Shown here piece by piece: positions 35,206 through 44,253 of a stretch of 64,000 nt of DNA (the stretch's first letter is position 1; the number at the start of each line of letters is the position of its first letter). The stretch covers positions 578,900-642,899 of the forward strand of contig JACPOV010000008.1 of NCBI GenBank assembly GCA_016191325.1, read 5' to 3'. The DNA is from Candidatus Babelota bacterium (lineage in GTDB: Bacteria > Babelota > Babeliae > Babelales > JACPOV01). A model generated the notes under the pieces. That model did not search any database and had not been told where the DNA came from. It worked only from the letters and a program-made list of their open reading frames with translations. The translations under genes were made by a program, and so were the position numbers.

Positions 35206-36054
35206 GTGCGTAAAAAGGTATTTTTTATGAATCAGCTTTTCAGTGTATGCATTATCAGCTGCCTCTTGCAACTAATATCATCGAGTGCGAATGGAATTTC
35301 GCTCCAATCAATGAATAGTTGGATCTCTGGAGGGCAACAAGAATCTGGCTACGAAGAACATCACTTTAAACCACTCGGCACATTGAATGTGCACAATGAA
35401 ACGGTCGGCTCAATTGTAATCAAAACATGGGCGCGCCCAATGCTCGTCATAAAATCGGTAAAACACATAAAAGAAAAAAAACCTAAACCGGCGCTTCATA
35501 TTTCTGTCGATGAAAAACAGGCATCGATCACCATCGATAAACCAACTGACGACGGAATTTCTATTGATCTTGAACTTATGATCCCTGAGCAAACAACCGT
35601 TTCTATTACCGCACGCGGCCCTGTAAAAATAAAATCGATCGACGGCAGTATTTATGTAAAAACGCAAGACACAATCGACGTTCGGCATATTGGCAATTCA
35701 ATAACCGCAATTTCAGAAAGTTCATGCTCGATCAGTTTTCATACAATCCCGCTTAAAAGTAATATTTCAATTACCGCAAAAGATCAGATTGAGCTCGCGC
35801 TCCCGCCAGAAACGAATGCAATATTAAATGCAAAAGCGGAACACGGCTCGATTAACTGCCAACTTTTTTTTACTTTCAAACCGTTCTGCACGAAATTAAA
35901 TAAAAACACCTGGAACCAAATGCGTAAAGAAATTAATGGCTATTTAGGAAATGCGCAAAATCTATCTGAAGAAAAGTATACTGAAAGCGCATTAGCAAAA
36001 ATTGACGTGTGTTCCAAAAATAAATCGATCAATATAGTTAATAGCCGCGATTAG
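35206..36054 (+). CDS. hypothetical exported beta-rich protein (DUF4097-like pattern)
   Basis: Signal-like segment followed by repetitive short beta-strand units (VSITARGPVKIKSIDGSIYVKT, ISITAKDQIELALP). The start may be ATG 35227. Confidence 0.4.
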   Translation: MRKKVFFMNQLFSVCIISCLLQLISSSANGISLQSMNSWISGGQQESGYEEHHFKPLGTLNVHNETVGSIVIKTWARPMLVIKSVKHIKEKKPKPALHISVDEKQASITIDKPTDDGISIDLELMIPEQTTVSITARGPVKIKSIDGSIYVKTQDTIDVRHIGNSITAISESSCSISFHTIPLKSNISITAKDQIELALPPETNAILNAKAEHGSINCQLFFTFKPFCTKLNKNTWNQMRKEINGYLGNAQNLSEEKYTESALAKIDVCSKNKSINIVNSRD

Positions 36055-36081
36055 CGAGAAACTTTATAATCCGTAAAAAAA

Positions 36082-36134
36082 CTGGCCGCGCCAGGCGTAG
36101 CTTGCCGAGGCGGAAGCCCCGGATAAGCGAAGAC
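36082..36134 (-). repeat. family A conserved tRNA 3'-trailer element (copy A2)
   Basis: Immediately 3' of tRNA-Ala on its strand. It aligns over about 50 nt with 45817-45868 and contains the stem-loop CCGGGGC-UUCC-GCCUCGG, a short hairpin and a U7 run. Confidence 0.6.
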
Positions 36135-36210
36135 TGGTGGAGCTGACCGGGGTCGAACCGGTGGCCTCATGAATGCCATCCATGCGCTCTACCAACTGAG
36201 CTACAGCCCC
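36135..36210 (-). tRNA. tRNA-Ala (anticodon GGC), CCA encoded
   Basis: 76-nt cloverleaf folded by hand: acceptor GGGGCTG/CAGCTCC with the G3:U70 Ala identity pair, anticodon loop AT-GGC-AT, T-loop GGTTCGACC and a terminal ACCA. Confidence 0.9.
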
Positions 36211-36220
36211 AAAATAATTA

Positions 36221-36260
36221 CCCCACACATGGCCTAAAGTCCATGGTTATGGGGACCCCG
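36221..36260. repeat. family B GC-rich hairpin repeat (copy B3)
   Basis: ccccacacatggcctaaagtccatggttatggggaccccg, followed by aaaatattgta. The homologous copy 23553-23590 is followed by aaattgta in the equivalent orientation. Confidence 0.55.
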
Positions 36261-36400
36261 AAAATATTGTATGCAATCAATCGAAAAAATCTTTAATTTC
36301 TTAAGATTAAAAAAATATTGCATGAACACCGATTACATGTTACTTAAATTGTATTAATATAGAAAAAAATATCAATGTCATCTGTTTTAAAAGGCATCCC

Positions 36401-38152
36401 ATGCACCTTCTCCGTTCTTTGATCATCCCTTTTTTGATTGCCACCTCGATTTTTGGCGAAAGCACACCGCACATACAAACAATCAAAAAATCGGAAAATG
36501 AATTAGAGGTTTCTCTAATTTTTAATTTAGAGCCGAATCAATTACTTTATAAAGATTCGTTGCACGTATCGGTTGATCATCCCGATATTCATGTTTCCGC
36601 TCTTGAATCGCTGCAAGAACCGGTAAAGCGTTATGATCCAGCAACCAAAGAAACTCAATTGGTATATCTTGATCATGCAGAATTTAAAATAAATGCTCAG
36701 CAAAAAAATGATACTCCACCCACCGATGCTTTCTTGCATCTTATGTATCACGTTAATACCGATCGCGGCCCCGCGCATAGTACAAAAGCGCTTACATTTC
36801 ACGATCAGGAACAGAATGCTCAAGATGAACGCGTACTAGTACAAGATCAAGAAAATCGGAATGTGATACCTATAAATACCGAGCAAGCTCCTGCAAAAAA
36901 ATGGTCCATTTCAGAAAATATTTCGCAATTAATTGAAACTACTAATTCGTTGCCAATGCGTTTAGTTCTGGTATTTTTGCTTGGCTTGCTTTTGAGTTTA
37001 ACGCCGTGCATTTACCCAATGATTCCGATCACGGTCGGCATTTTGCATGCACAAAAAAGCTCTTCGCTGCTTGGAAATTTTGCACGCGCTGGCGCTTATA
37101 CCCTCGGCCTTGCGACGACGTTTGCACTTTTAGGGCTTGGCGCAAGCTATACCGGCCCCATTTATGGAAAATTACTCACGCATCCGATTTCCATATTGGT
37201 TCTTGTCAGCTTTCTTGCTTATTTGGCGTTTTCAATGTTTGGGTTCTATGAAATGTATGTGCCCCGCTTTATGCAGCCATCCGGCTCGCATCGTTCTCGC
37301 TCCGGTTCGCTCGTTTCCGCGTTTCTTTTTGGTACAGCAAGCGGCACGTTTGCATCACCCTGCGTTTCTCCAGGACTCATTCTGCTTTTGAGCATTGTGG
37401 CAACGATGGGCAGCATGTTCATGGGCTTTTTATTGTTGTTTATATTCGGCATAGGATTAAGCACGCCGCTTTTAATTATCGGCACGTTTTCGACATCTCT
37501 TTCTTTGCTTCCGCAAGCTGGCATGTGGATGCTTGAAGTAAAAAAACTATTTGGGCTTCTTCTTTTTGGCGTATGCTTTTATTACCTTTCAGTATTAATG
37601 CCGTGGCACCTTTTGATGATATTCGTTGCGCTCTTTTTAATTACGGTGGGCATTGTTTATTTATCTGCAGATCAAACGCATACCTCGCCCCGCTGGCGAA
37701 AGATTAATAACGCGCTTGGCAGTTTATTCATCATTGGAGCGCTTCTTGCGCTTTCAGAAGGATATAAAGCGTACGTTGCAAATCCGCACGATGATTTCTG
37801 GCAAACCAATTATCAAGAAGCACGCACTCTCGCGCTAAAAGAAAATAAAAAACTTTTTATCGATGTATGGGCCCGCTACTGCTCAATTTGCAAACTTATT
37901 AATAATACGACGCTTAAGGATTGTGCAGTAAGAGATGCGCTCAGCAATTATATACCGCTCAAAATTGATGGCACCGATGAGAATGAAGAATCATATAAAT
38001 ACGTAAAAGAGAAATTTAAGATCGTCGGCTTTCCCGCATTCTTAATTGTGGATCCGACTACCGAAACGATCGAAAAGCGATGGTCGAGCGAGCTTTATCA
38101 AATGCCGCGTGAAGAATTTATTTATGAGCTTAATGCTCACTATAAAAGATAA
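36401..38152 (+). CDS. dsbD: thiol:disulfide interchange protein DsbD
   Basis: N-terminal periplasmic domain. The TM core carries LTPCIYPMIPIT and ASPCVSPGL cysteine motifs. The C-terminal thioredoxin-like domain has CSIC (WARYCSICK). Confidence 0.85.
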   Translation: MHLLRSLIIPFLIATSIFGESTPHIQTIKKSENELEVSLIFNLEPNQLLYKDSLHVSVDHPDIHVSALESLQEPVKRYDPATKETQLVYLDHAEFKINAQQKNDTPPTDAFLHLMYHVNTDRGPAHSTKALTFHDQEQNAQDERVLVQDQENRNVIPINTEQAPAKKWSISENISQLIETTNSLPMRLVLVFLLGLLLSLTPCIYPMIPITVGILHAQKSSSLLGNFARAGAYTLGLATTFALLGLGASYTGPIYGKLLTHPISILVLVSFLAYLAFSMFGFYEMYVPRFMQPSGSHRSRSGSLVSAFLFGTASGTFASPCVSPGLILLLSIVATMGSMFMGFLLLFIFGIGLSTPLLIIGTFSTSLSLLPQAGMWMLEVKKLFGLLLFGVCFYYLSVLMPWHLLMIFVALFLITVGIVYLSADQTHTSPRWRKINNALGSLFIIGALLALSEGYKAYVANPHDDFWQTNYQEARTLALKENKKLFIDVWARYCSICKLINNTTLKDCAVRDALSNYIPLKIDGTDENEESYKYVKEKFKIVGFPAFLIVDPTTETIEKRWSSELYQMPREEFIYELNAHYKR

Positions 38153-38175
38153 TTAAGATTAACCTGCTGAAATGA

Positions 38176-38204
38176 AAAAGGGCGCTTATTAAAGCGCCCT
38201 TTAA
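38176..38204. terminator. bidirectional intrinsic terminator (dsbD / hpf)
   Basis: Hairpin agggcgctt-att-aagcgccct flanked by A-rich and T-rich runs, between convergent genes. Confidence 0.6.
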
Positions 38205-38225
38205 TGTTAACTTCAAATGTGAAAA

Positions 38226-38564
38226 CTAGGCACCTTTAAAATAATCGTTATTGCCGTTTTTCTTGTCGGCAGTCATTCTTCGCTTATGTTCATGCAACTG
38301 ATCATAAACGCTATCAATAACCATATCGATCAATTGATATGCGTGCGGCCCTTCTTTAAGCGCCATAACTTCATGATGCGGAGTTTTTACACGCAATTCT
38401 GCCTGGCTGTGCGCATGCGGAATTCCGGGGCGCACAGTGAAATCAATGTATACAGGCCCTGCATTATCTTTCAGAAATTCTTCAATTTTTGGCAATCGAT
38501 CGTTGATATAGTTTTCAATAGCAACAGACGAATCCATGCCTTGAAAGTGAATCTTCTTATTCAT
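38226..38564 (-). CDS. hpf: ribosome hibernation promoting factor (short HPF/RaiA family)
   Basis: MNKKIHFQGMDSSVAIENYINDRLPKIEEF fits the Ribosomal_S30AE N-terminus. 112 aa. Confidence 0.85.
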   Translation of the reverse strand: MNKKIHFQGMDSSVAIENYINDRLPKIEEFLKDNAGPVYIDFTVRPGIPHAHSQAELRVKTPHHEVMALKEGPHAYQLIDMVIDSVYDQLHEHKRRMTADKKNGNNDYFKGA

Positions 38565-38586
38565 GCTCTTTTCCTCTCAAAAAAAA

Positions 38587-39900
38587 TTACTTTCTTTTTC
38601 TCAGAATAAAAAGAACTGGCACACCTACCAGATCAAAATGTTCGCGCATTACATTTTCAAAGAAACTTACCTGGCTCTGGCCAAACCATTTGGGCTCGTT
38701 CACGTACAGCAAAATAGTAATTGGGGCATGCCGCACCTGTTCAGCGCGATAGAGCATCAATAATTTCGATTGATGATAAAGAGGCGTTCGCTCAAGGGCC
38801 GCTTTAAATACTCTCGTAAGCTCAAGATCGTTAAGCTGCTGCGTATTGCGCTCCCAAACTTTTTTCACGAGTGGCAAAATTTTACCGATATTTTTTCCGG
38901 TTTTGCACGAAATCGTGAGTGAAGGAATTTTTTTAATAAAATAATCGTACCGCTCAAGATCAAATGCTAAATCTTTTCGATTGAAATCGGTCATTAAATC
39001 ATCTTTGTTAAAAAGCAGAATGATCGCTTTTCCTTCTTGAAAGCAATAAAACGCGAGTTTCAATTCTTGATCGCTCATGTGCCCTTGCGGGGAATCGATC
39101 AATAATAAAATAATCGATGCATTTTTTACTGCACGAAATGATGATTTCACCATCATTTCTTCTAGCGATTCATCAATCGATCTTTTTTTGCGAATACCGG
39201 GAGTATCGGTCATCGCAATTGTTTCTTGATAGAATTTAATCGGCTCGGTAATCGCCTCGCGCGTAGTGCCCGGCTGATCAAAAACGATAGATCGTTCCTG
39301 CTCTAAGAGCAAATTCATAAGAGACGATTTTCCAACGTTCGGTTTACCAAGAAGAGCCACAGAATACCGCGGTTCTTCTTCTTTAGTTTTTGCATGTTTT
39401 GGCAAAGCTGCAAGAATAGCATCAAGTAGTTCTGCAATGCCTGTTCCATGCTGTGCCGAAATCGGAAAGTTTTCTTCAAAACCAAGCTGCACGAATTCAT
39501 AAAGCATTTCTTGCGCTTGATTGCTATCCATTTTATTAATAGCTAAAAGTACTTTATTTCCTTTGCGGCGCACCACCTGAATAAGCTGGCGATCATCTTC
39601 CGTTAATCCCGCTTTTCCATCAACGACAAAAAGAAGCAAATCCGCCTTATCAATAAGATCAAATCCTAATTGGCGCACTTTTTCGCCAAGCGGATCGTGA
39701 ACTTTGTGGATACTAATACCGCCGCTATCAATTAACTCAAAACACGTATCTTTCCAACACACCGTATCACGCACAAAATCGCGTGTAACTCCCTCATAAT
39801 CGAGCGTCATGCTTTTCACATCGGTCGATAAACGGTTAAAGAGTGTTGATTTGCCTACGTTGGTCCTGCCAACTATTACTACTTGGGGTAATGAACTCAT
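38587..39900 (-). CDS. der: GTPase Der (EngA)
   Basis: Two tandem GTPase domains (GRTNVGKSTLFN and GKPNVGKSSLMN P-loops, DTPG/DSGG, NKxD) plus a KH-like C-terminus. Confidence 0.95.
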   Translation of the reverse strand: MSSLPQVVIVGRTNVGKSTLFNRLSTDVKSMTLDYEGVTRDFVRDTVCWKDTCFELIDSGGISIHKVHDPLGEKVRQLGFDLIDKADLLLFVVDGKAGLTEDDRQLIQVVRRKGNKVLLAINKMDSNQAQEMLYEFVQLGFEENFPISAQHGTGIAELLDAILAALPKHAKTKEEEPRYSVALLGKPNVGKSSLMNLLLEQERSIVFDQPGTTREAITEPIKFYQETIAMTDTPGIRKKRSIDESLEEMMVKSSFRAVKNASIILLLIDSPQGHMSDQELKLAFYCFQEGKAIILLFNKDDLMTDFNRKDLAFDLERYDYFIKKIPSLTISCKTGKNIGKILPLVKKVWERNTQQLNDLELTRVFKAALERTPLYHQSKLLMLYRAEQVRHAPITILLYVNEPKWFGQSQVSFFENVMREHFDLVGVPVLFILRKRK

Positions 39901-41657
39901 TGCTGTACCTCGCTGATAATACCGGGAAATGTTTCAAGGATGCGATGCGCTTTTTTCCATTGCTCGCGATCAGAAACATCGAACGGCTTGACCCGTTCAG
40001 TTGGTTTAACTGTTTTTTTTTCGTACGAATTGCGGCGCTGTTGCCATTGATTTTGATGAGCGGGCGCCGATTGTGATGCTTGCGGACGCTGCGCTGGTTG
40101 CTGCGCAGTTGGCATTGGCTGTTTTGGCGCAACTGGTTTTGGAGCAGCAATCTCAACGGAATGATCAATAAACGATGGGCAAAACTGCACGTTGGTGCCA
40201 AAGCTTAATTCTATGATCGGTTTCCAAACTGCTTTTGTATTTTCTATTCGTTCTTGAAAGAAAATAAAATCTTTGCCAAATGCTACTTCCAGTTTACCCG
40301 ATTCCTGCTCAAATGAAATAAACCGTGCTTGTTTAAATAAAGATACTAATAACGGATCGTCTAATTTTTCTATGGCGATAACTACGGTGTGCCACCGGTT
40401 ATCATTTTTTGGTGTTTCTTGAACCGATTGCACTGATGAATTTTCAACGGAAGGCGCTGCATTTTCTTTTGCCGCACTGTGCGCTGAAACGGCTACTGGT
40501 TTTGCTACAGGTGATTTTACGAGTGGTTTGTTTGCTAAGCCGGAGTGCGCTGGTTGTTTTTCATGCATGCGCAAACAAAGCGCCATAATAAGCGATTCAA
40601 ATAATCTATGCTGCGAAGTTGTTTTCAAAAACAACAGTTCATGATCGTAAAAAAGTTCAAGCGCCTGGCTGATAAACGAAAGTGAACATTGCTTGCTGAG
40701 CGCAGTTATTTCTTGCGCAAGAGGCAGATACCGCTCAATAATTTTACCGTTATGAGCCCATAAAAGAGCACGTATCAACTCAATAAACGAATCCCAAAGC
40801 GCTGGCGCTGATCTATCTTGTACCTTGTGCAATTCAAACCAAGAAATTACCTCTTCACTCGATTCGCTTAAAACCGCCTTCATCAATTCAATAAGCTGCG
40901 TATCATCAATATAGCCAAGCAGATCAAGAACTGCCTGTTTGCCCACGCTTGCATGCGAAAACCGAACACGCTCGAGCAAGTTAATCGCATCACGCACCGA
41001 TCCTTCTGTGTGAGTTCCGATTAAAACGAGCGCCTCATCTTCGTAGGCAATAGTTTCTTTTGCGCAAAGGTCTTTCAAGTGATCGACCACTTCAGGCGTC
41101 GCTACCGGGCCAAAAAAGACTTGAAAACACCTTGAACGAACCGTCTCAATAATTTTATGCGGATCGGTCGTCGCCAGAATAAAGAGAACGGAGCGTGGCG
41201 GCTCTTCTAAAATTTTTAAAAATGCGTTAAAAGCGGCCTTACTAAGCATATGAGCTTCATCGATCAGATATATTTTTTTTCTGCCAAGGAGCGGAAGTAA
41301 CGAAGCTGCCTCAATGATTTGGCGAACATTATCGACTCCCGTATGCGATGCAGCATCAATTTCTATAAAATCGGGATGGCGACTCTCAAATAATGCAGTA
41401 CATGATGAACAAACGAGGCAAGGAATCGAGATATTTCTCGGATCTTTTTGAAAATTTGGCAACTGCTCACAGTTTACGGCAGCGCTAAAAATACGGGCGG
41501 TGGTTGTTTTTCCACATCCACGCTGGCCAGAGAACAGGTAAACAGGAAAATATCGATCGAGATATAAGCTATTTTTGAGCATGCGAACTACGAGCGATTG
41601 GCCAACAATGCCATCAAATGTGCGTGAACGCCATTTTCGAGTAAGATTCAAATCCAT
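39897..41657 (-). CDS. dnaX: DNA polymerase III subunit gamma/tau
   Basis: GQRGCGKTTTARIF P-loop, zinc module CxxCxxC (CLVCSSC), IDEAHML Walker B and SRC motif (VRSRCF). Confidence 0.9.
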   Translation of the reverse strand: MDLNLTRKWRSRTFDGIVGQSLVVRMLKNSLYLDRYFPVYLFSGQRGCGKTTTARIFSAAVNCEQLPNFQKDPRNISIPCLVCSSCTALFESRHPDFIEIDAASHTGVDNVRQIIEAASLLPLLGRKKIYLIDEAHMLSKAAFNAFLKILEEPPRSVLFILATTDPHKIIETVRSRCFQVFFGPVATPEVVDHLKDLCAKETIAYEDEALVLIGTHTEGSVRDAINLLERVRFSHASVGKQAVLDLLGYIDDTQLIELMKAVLSESSEEVISWFELHKVQDRSAPALWDSFIELIRALLWAHNGKIIERYLPLAQEITALSKQCSLSFISQALELFYDHELLFLKTTSQHRLFESLIMALCLRMHEKQPAHSGLANKPLVKSPVAKPVAVSAHSAAKENAAPSVENSSVQSVQETPKNDNRWHTVVIAIEKLDDPLLVSLFKQARFISFEQESGKLEVAFGKDFIFFQERIENTKAVWKPIIELSFGTNVQFCPSFIDHSVEIAAPKPVAPKQPMPTAQQPAQRPQASQSAPAHQNQWQQRRNSYEKKTVKPTERVKPFDVSDREQWKKAHRILETFPGIISEVQQ

Positions 41658-41751
41658 GAGATATGCTCATTATGTAATAATTAGATCGTTTTTGCTTTCG
41701 CCAGTGCTCAGCATGGGCCGGGAGAGGCCGACTTTTCAAGAATACTATAAA

Positions 41752-41837
41752 GGGGAAGTTCATACAAGAATCGACGTGCCCTTGCTGCTTCCTTTCGGAC
41801 CTGACAAATTAAGCATTCTATCTTTATAAACTTCCCC
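41752..41837 (-). ncRNA. ffs: signal recognition particle RNA (small 4.5S type)
   Basis: The minus strand reads ggggaagtt...ttgtcaggtccgaaaggaagcagcaagggcacg...aacttcccc. The conserved domain IV core GUCAGGUCCG-AAAG-GAAGCAGC is present, closed by a 9-bp terminal helix, and the RNA lies just upstream of dnaX. Confidence 0.7.
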
Positions 41838-41945
41838 AACTTTTAATTGCGCGATTTGCATCAAAAAATTAAGAATTTCAGCAAACAGGTAAAGTATACC
41901 TAATTACTCCAAAATCAACAAGTCCAGGTGACTTTAAACCAAATC

Positions 41946-43202
41946 TTAATCCAGTTTAACAACATCCTCTTTTTCAATTTTCTTCAAAAAGCCTTTATTC
42001 CACAAATTTGAAATTGAAGCAGAAATAATTTCAGCACTTCGGGGCGAATAACCACCTGAAAGAGTCATGCATATGGGAACTTTATGCTTTAGTGCTTGCG
42101 CAAATACGAATTCATCCCGATCTATAATACCTTGCTTAGTTAATTTCATTCTACCAAGCCTGTCTTCTTCAAATGGATCAGTTCCGGCGTTATAAAAAAT
42201 AAGATCTGGTTTGGTGTTATGTATTTCTTGAAATTCATCTAACGCTTGAGGTAGAGCATTCTTTACACTGTTAATATATTTATCACTGCAATCCTGGCAG
42301 TTTCCAGAATGGTTCCCTTTCTTGCAATAAATATCTTTCGAGATCAATTTCTTATGTATCTTTTCTCGAAGTTCGCGACTATCAGTCGCATAGGGGAAAT
42401 TTTTTTCATTATAACAATCAAAAAAATATATATTTTTATCATTTTCTAAACACGACTCAACGCCATCGCCTTGATGCGCATCAAGATCAATATAGAGAAC
42501 TTTCAAATCTTTTTTTTCTTTTTCCCGCAGCTTTTGAAGCGCAAGAGGAATATCTGCATACACACAAAAACCGCTTCCATTATCAGCTTTTGCATGATGA
42601 TATCCACCAGAAAGATTTATTGCAGCTCCGTGCTTAAATGCTAATTGAGTAGCGAGGATTGTTCCTTGTGTTGCATACCGCATTGGTGAAAGTAGATAAC
42701 GTTGTAAAAGAAAATTAGGAATCTTGGCAACTGGAACTTCTACGATTTTTTGAATGGCTTTTGACGAACGTAAGGAATCTAAATATTCCTTTGAGTGAAC
42801 TTTAAGAAGACTATCTTTGGAAACTTCTGATGCTGGCTCATAAAAATGTAAACCTGAAATGTTCCATTCTTTTTTTAATTCATCCGCAACATGTCCATAT
42901 TTTTTTGAATCAAATGGATGAAGTTTTTCTACGCCAAAAAAACCAATATTATAGTTTTCATGATATACGAGAGGAACTTTACTGCCATCGTAACACCAAC
43001 GATCTTTTAATTTCCGTGCAGCATCCCATCCCTTTTTTGCTACGACCGCTGTACCAACAGCAACGGCACACTTCGTTTTTAAATCCCAGCCAAGCGGGTT
43101 TAGCCAATCCATAGCTTTTGTTTGGCTCGAAGAAAAACCGAATGCTATTTGCAATGCAATAAGCAAAAATTTTCGGCAAAAAGGAGAAAATCCTTTGATC
43201 AT
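41946..43202 (-). CDS. class IV (HDAC11-like) histone deacetylase-family deacylase with N-terminal signal/anchor
   Basis: VPLVYHENYNIGFFGVEKLHPFDSKKYG, LSGGYHHAKADNGSGFCVYADI, IDLDAHQGDG and FYNAGTDPFEEDRLG track human HDAC11 motifs almost position by position. The N-terminal segment FLLIALQIAFGFSSS is hydrophobic. Confidence 0.85.
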   Translation of the reverse strand: MIKGFSPFCRKFLLIALQIAFGFSSSQTKAMDWLNPLGWDLKTKCAVAVGTAVVAKKGWDAARKLKDRWCYDGSKVPLVYHENYNIGFFGVEKLHPFDSKKYGHVADELKKEWNISGLHFYEPASEVSKDSLLKVHSKEYLDSLRSSKAIQKIVEVPVAKIPNFLLQRYLLSPMRYATQGTILATQLAFKHGAAINLSGGYHHAKADNGSGFCVYADIPLALQKLREKEKKDLKVLYIDLDAHQGDGVESCLENDKNIYFFDCYNEKNFPYATDSRELREKIHKKLISKDIYCKKGNHSGNCQDCSDKYINSVKNALPQALDEFQEIHNTKPDLIFYNAGTDPFEEDRLGRMKLTKQGIIDRDEFVFAQALKHKVPICMTLSGGYSPRSAEIISASISNLWNKGFLKKIEKEDVVKLD

Positions 43203-43275
43203 ATTATTCCTCTAAATCAATTTTTGAACTTAACCTGAATCTATAGCTTAGCTCTTAAAAGGGTAATTGTTTGTC

Positions 43276-44232
43276 TTACTGTGGTTTGAAGTATTTATAT
43301 ATTCTATAAGCGCCATAGCATAACGATGCATAAAAAGCAGTTTTTACCCCCAAATCCACATACGGCATTCTATTTTCTTTGATTACTAACTTTGCATATG
43401 CTTCTTTGTCCACAGGCGGCTGATATTTTTTTAAACCTTCATCAGCAATTTTTTGCTTTTTAATGTGCCTTGCTAAAATCATATGAAACGCAGTAATTTG
43501 TTCTGCATGTTGTTCTTTCCATAGTAAAGAACCGTGATTTCCATCATTCGTTTCAATAAAATACACATTCTCTTGCCCAGCATTCTTTAAACCTGTGTAT
43601 AACGCTTTTGCATCATCATAAGGAATCTCTGGGTCGTTTTTATCATGCATAATAATAATCGGCAAATCTTTTTGTAGCATTGCGGTCTGAAGAATTGGTT
43701 GCCTACCGGCAGGTGCGTAACGAGGCATAACTAATTTAGCTATATAAGGGGCCCAATAATAACTCAATGGCAAACCAGCAACAAGCTTGGGGACTTTTTG
43801 CAAGATGGCACTATTTCCAGAAGCTACTGCTGCTTCCAGAACAAGTACATCAATTTTTTGCGGATTATCAACTTGATGATCTACCGCACCATTATAGGCA
43901 GTAGCCCCGCCTTGCGAACAGCCATGAATAATGATGCTTTTAATTTTATTATCTTTCGAGACGGTTTTCATCGTATCGTTTAAATGATTTAAGCAATTAT
44001 TTTGGCCTAAATCCGACTGCCATATACCATTTGGGCACGATGCCACTATTCTATTTTTCAGATGTGGATAAATAACATCGAGGTTTTGGCCCCCGCCGCC
44101 ATTGAGACCGGGCACAACAACGACTGCTATGTTATCTTCTTGCGTATCTTGAGCTTCCATAGCAGCAATGCCATTACTTACCATTCCAAATGCAAATATA
44201 ATTGAACCGATTTTATTATAATTATTCACCAC
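43276..44232 (-). CDS. exported alpha/beta hydrolase with C-terminal hydrophobic tail
   Basis: Nucleophile elbow HGCSQGG, candidate Asp (HDKNDPEIP) and His (GNHGSL), and an N-terminal signal-like segment. Confidence 0.55.
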   Translation of the reverse strand: MVNNYNKIGSIIFAFGMVSNGIAAMEAQDTQEDNIAVVVVPGLNGGGGQNLDVIYPHLKNRIVASCPNGIWQSDLGQNNCLNHLNDTMKTVSKDNKIKSIIIHGCSQGGATAYNGAVDHQVDNPQKIDVLVLEAAVASGNSAILQKVPKLVAGLPLSYYWAPYIAKLVMPRYAPAGRQPILQTAMLQKDLPIIIMHDKNDPEIPYDDAKALYTGLKNAGQENVYFIETNDGNHGSLLWKEQHAEQITAFHMILARHIKKQKIADEGLKKYQPPVDKEAYAKLVIKENRMPYVDLGVKTAFYASLCYGAYRIYKYFKPQ

Positions 44233-44253
44233 GTTCCCCCTATGATTTAATAA

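Noticed and set aside
39836-40201. 121-aa ORF in another frame at the dnaX 3' end and der start, plus a search for a dnaX gamma/tau frameshift site
   Set aside because: The ORF is a shadow of the Q/P/A-rich tau linker. The only long A-run on the coding strand (A9, plus-strand T9 at 40013-40021) lies ~40 codons before the stop, too distal to produce a gamma-like product. No A-AAA-AAG site followed by a hairpin was seen.
41575-41829. 84-aa plus-strand ORF upstream of dnaX
   Set aside because: It overlaps the SRP RNA gene and the dnaX 5' end, and is better explained by the ncRNA.
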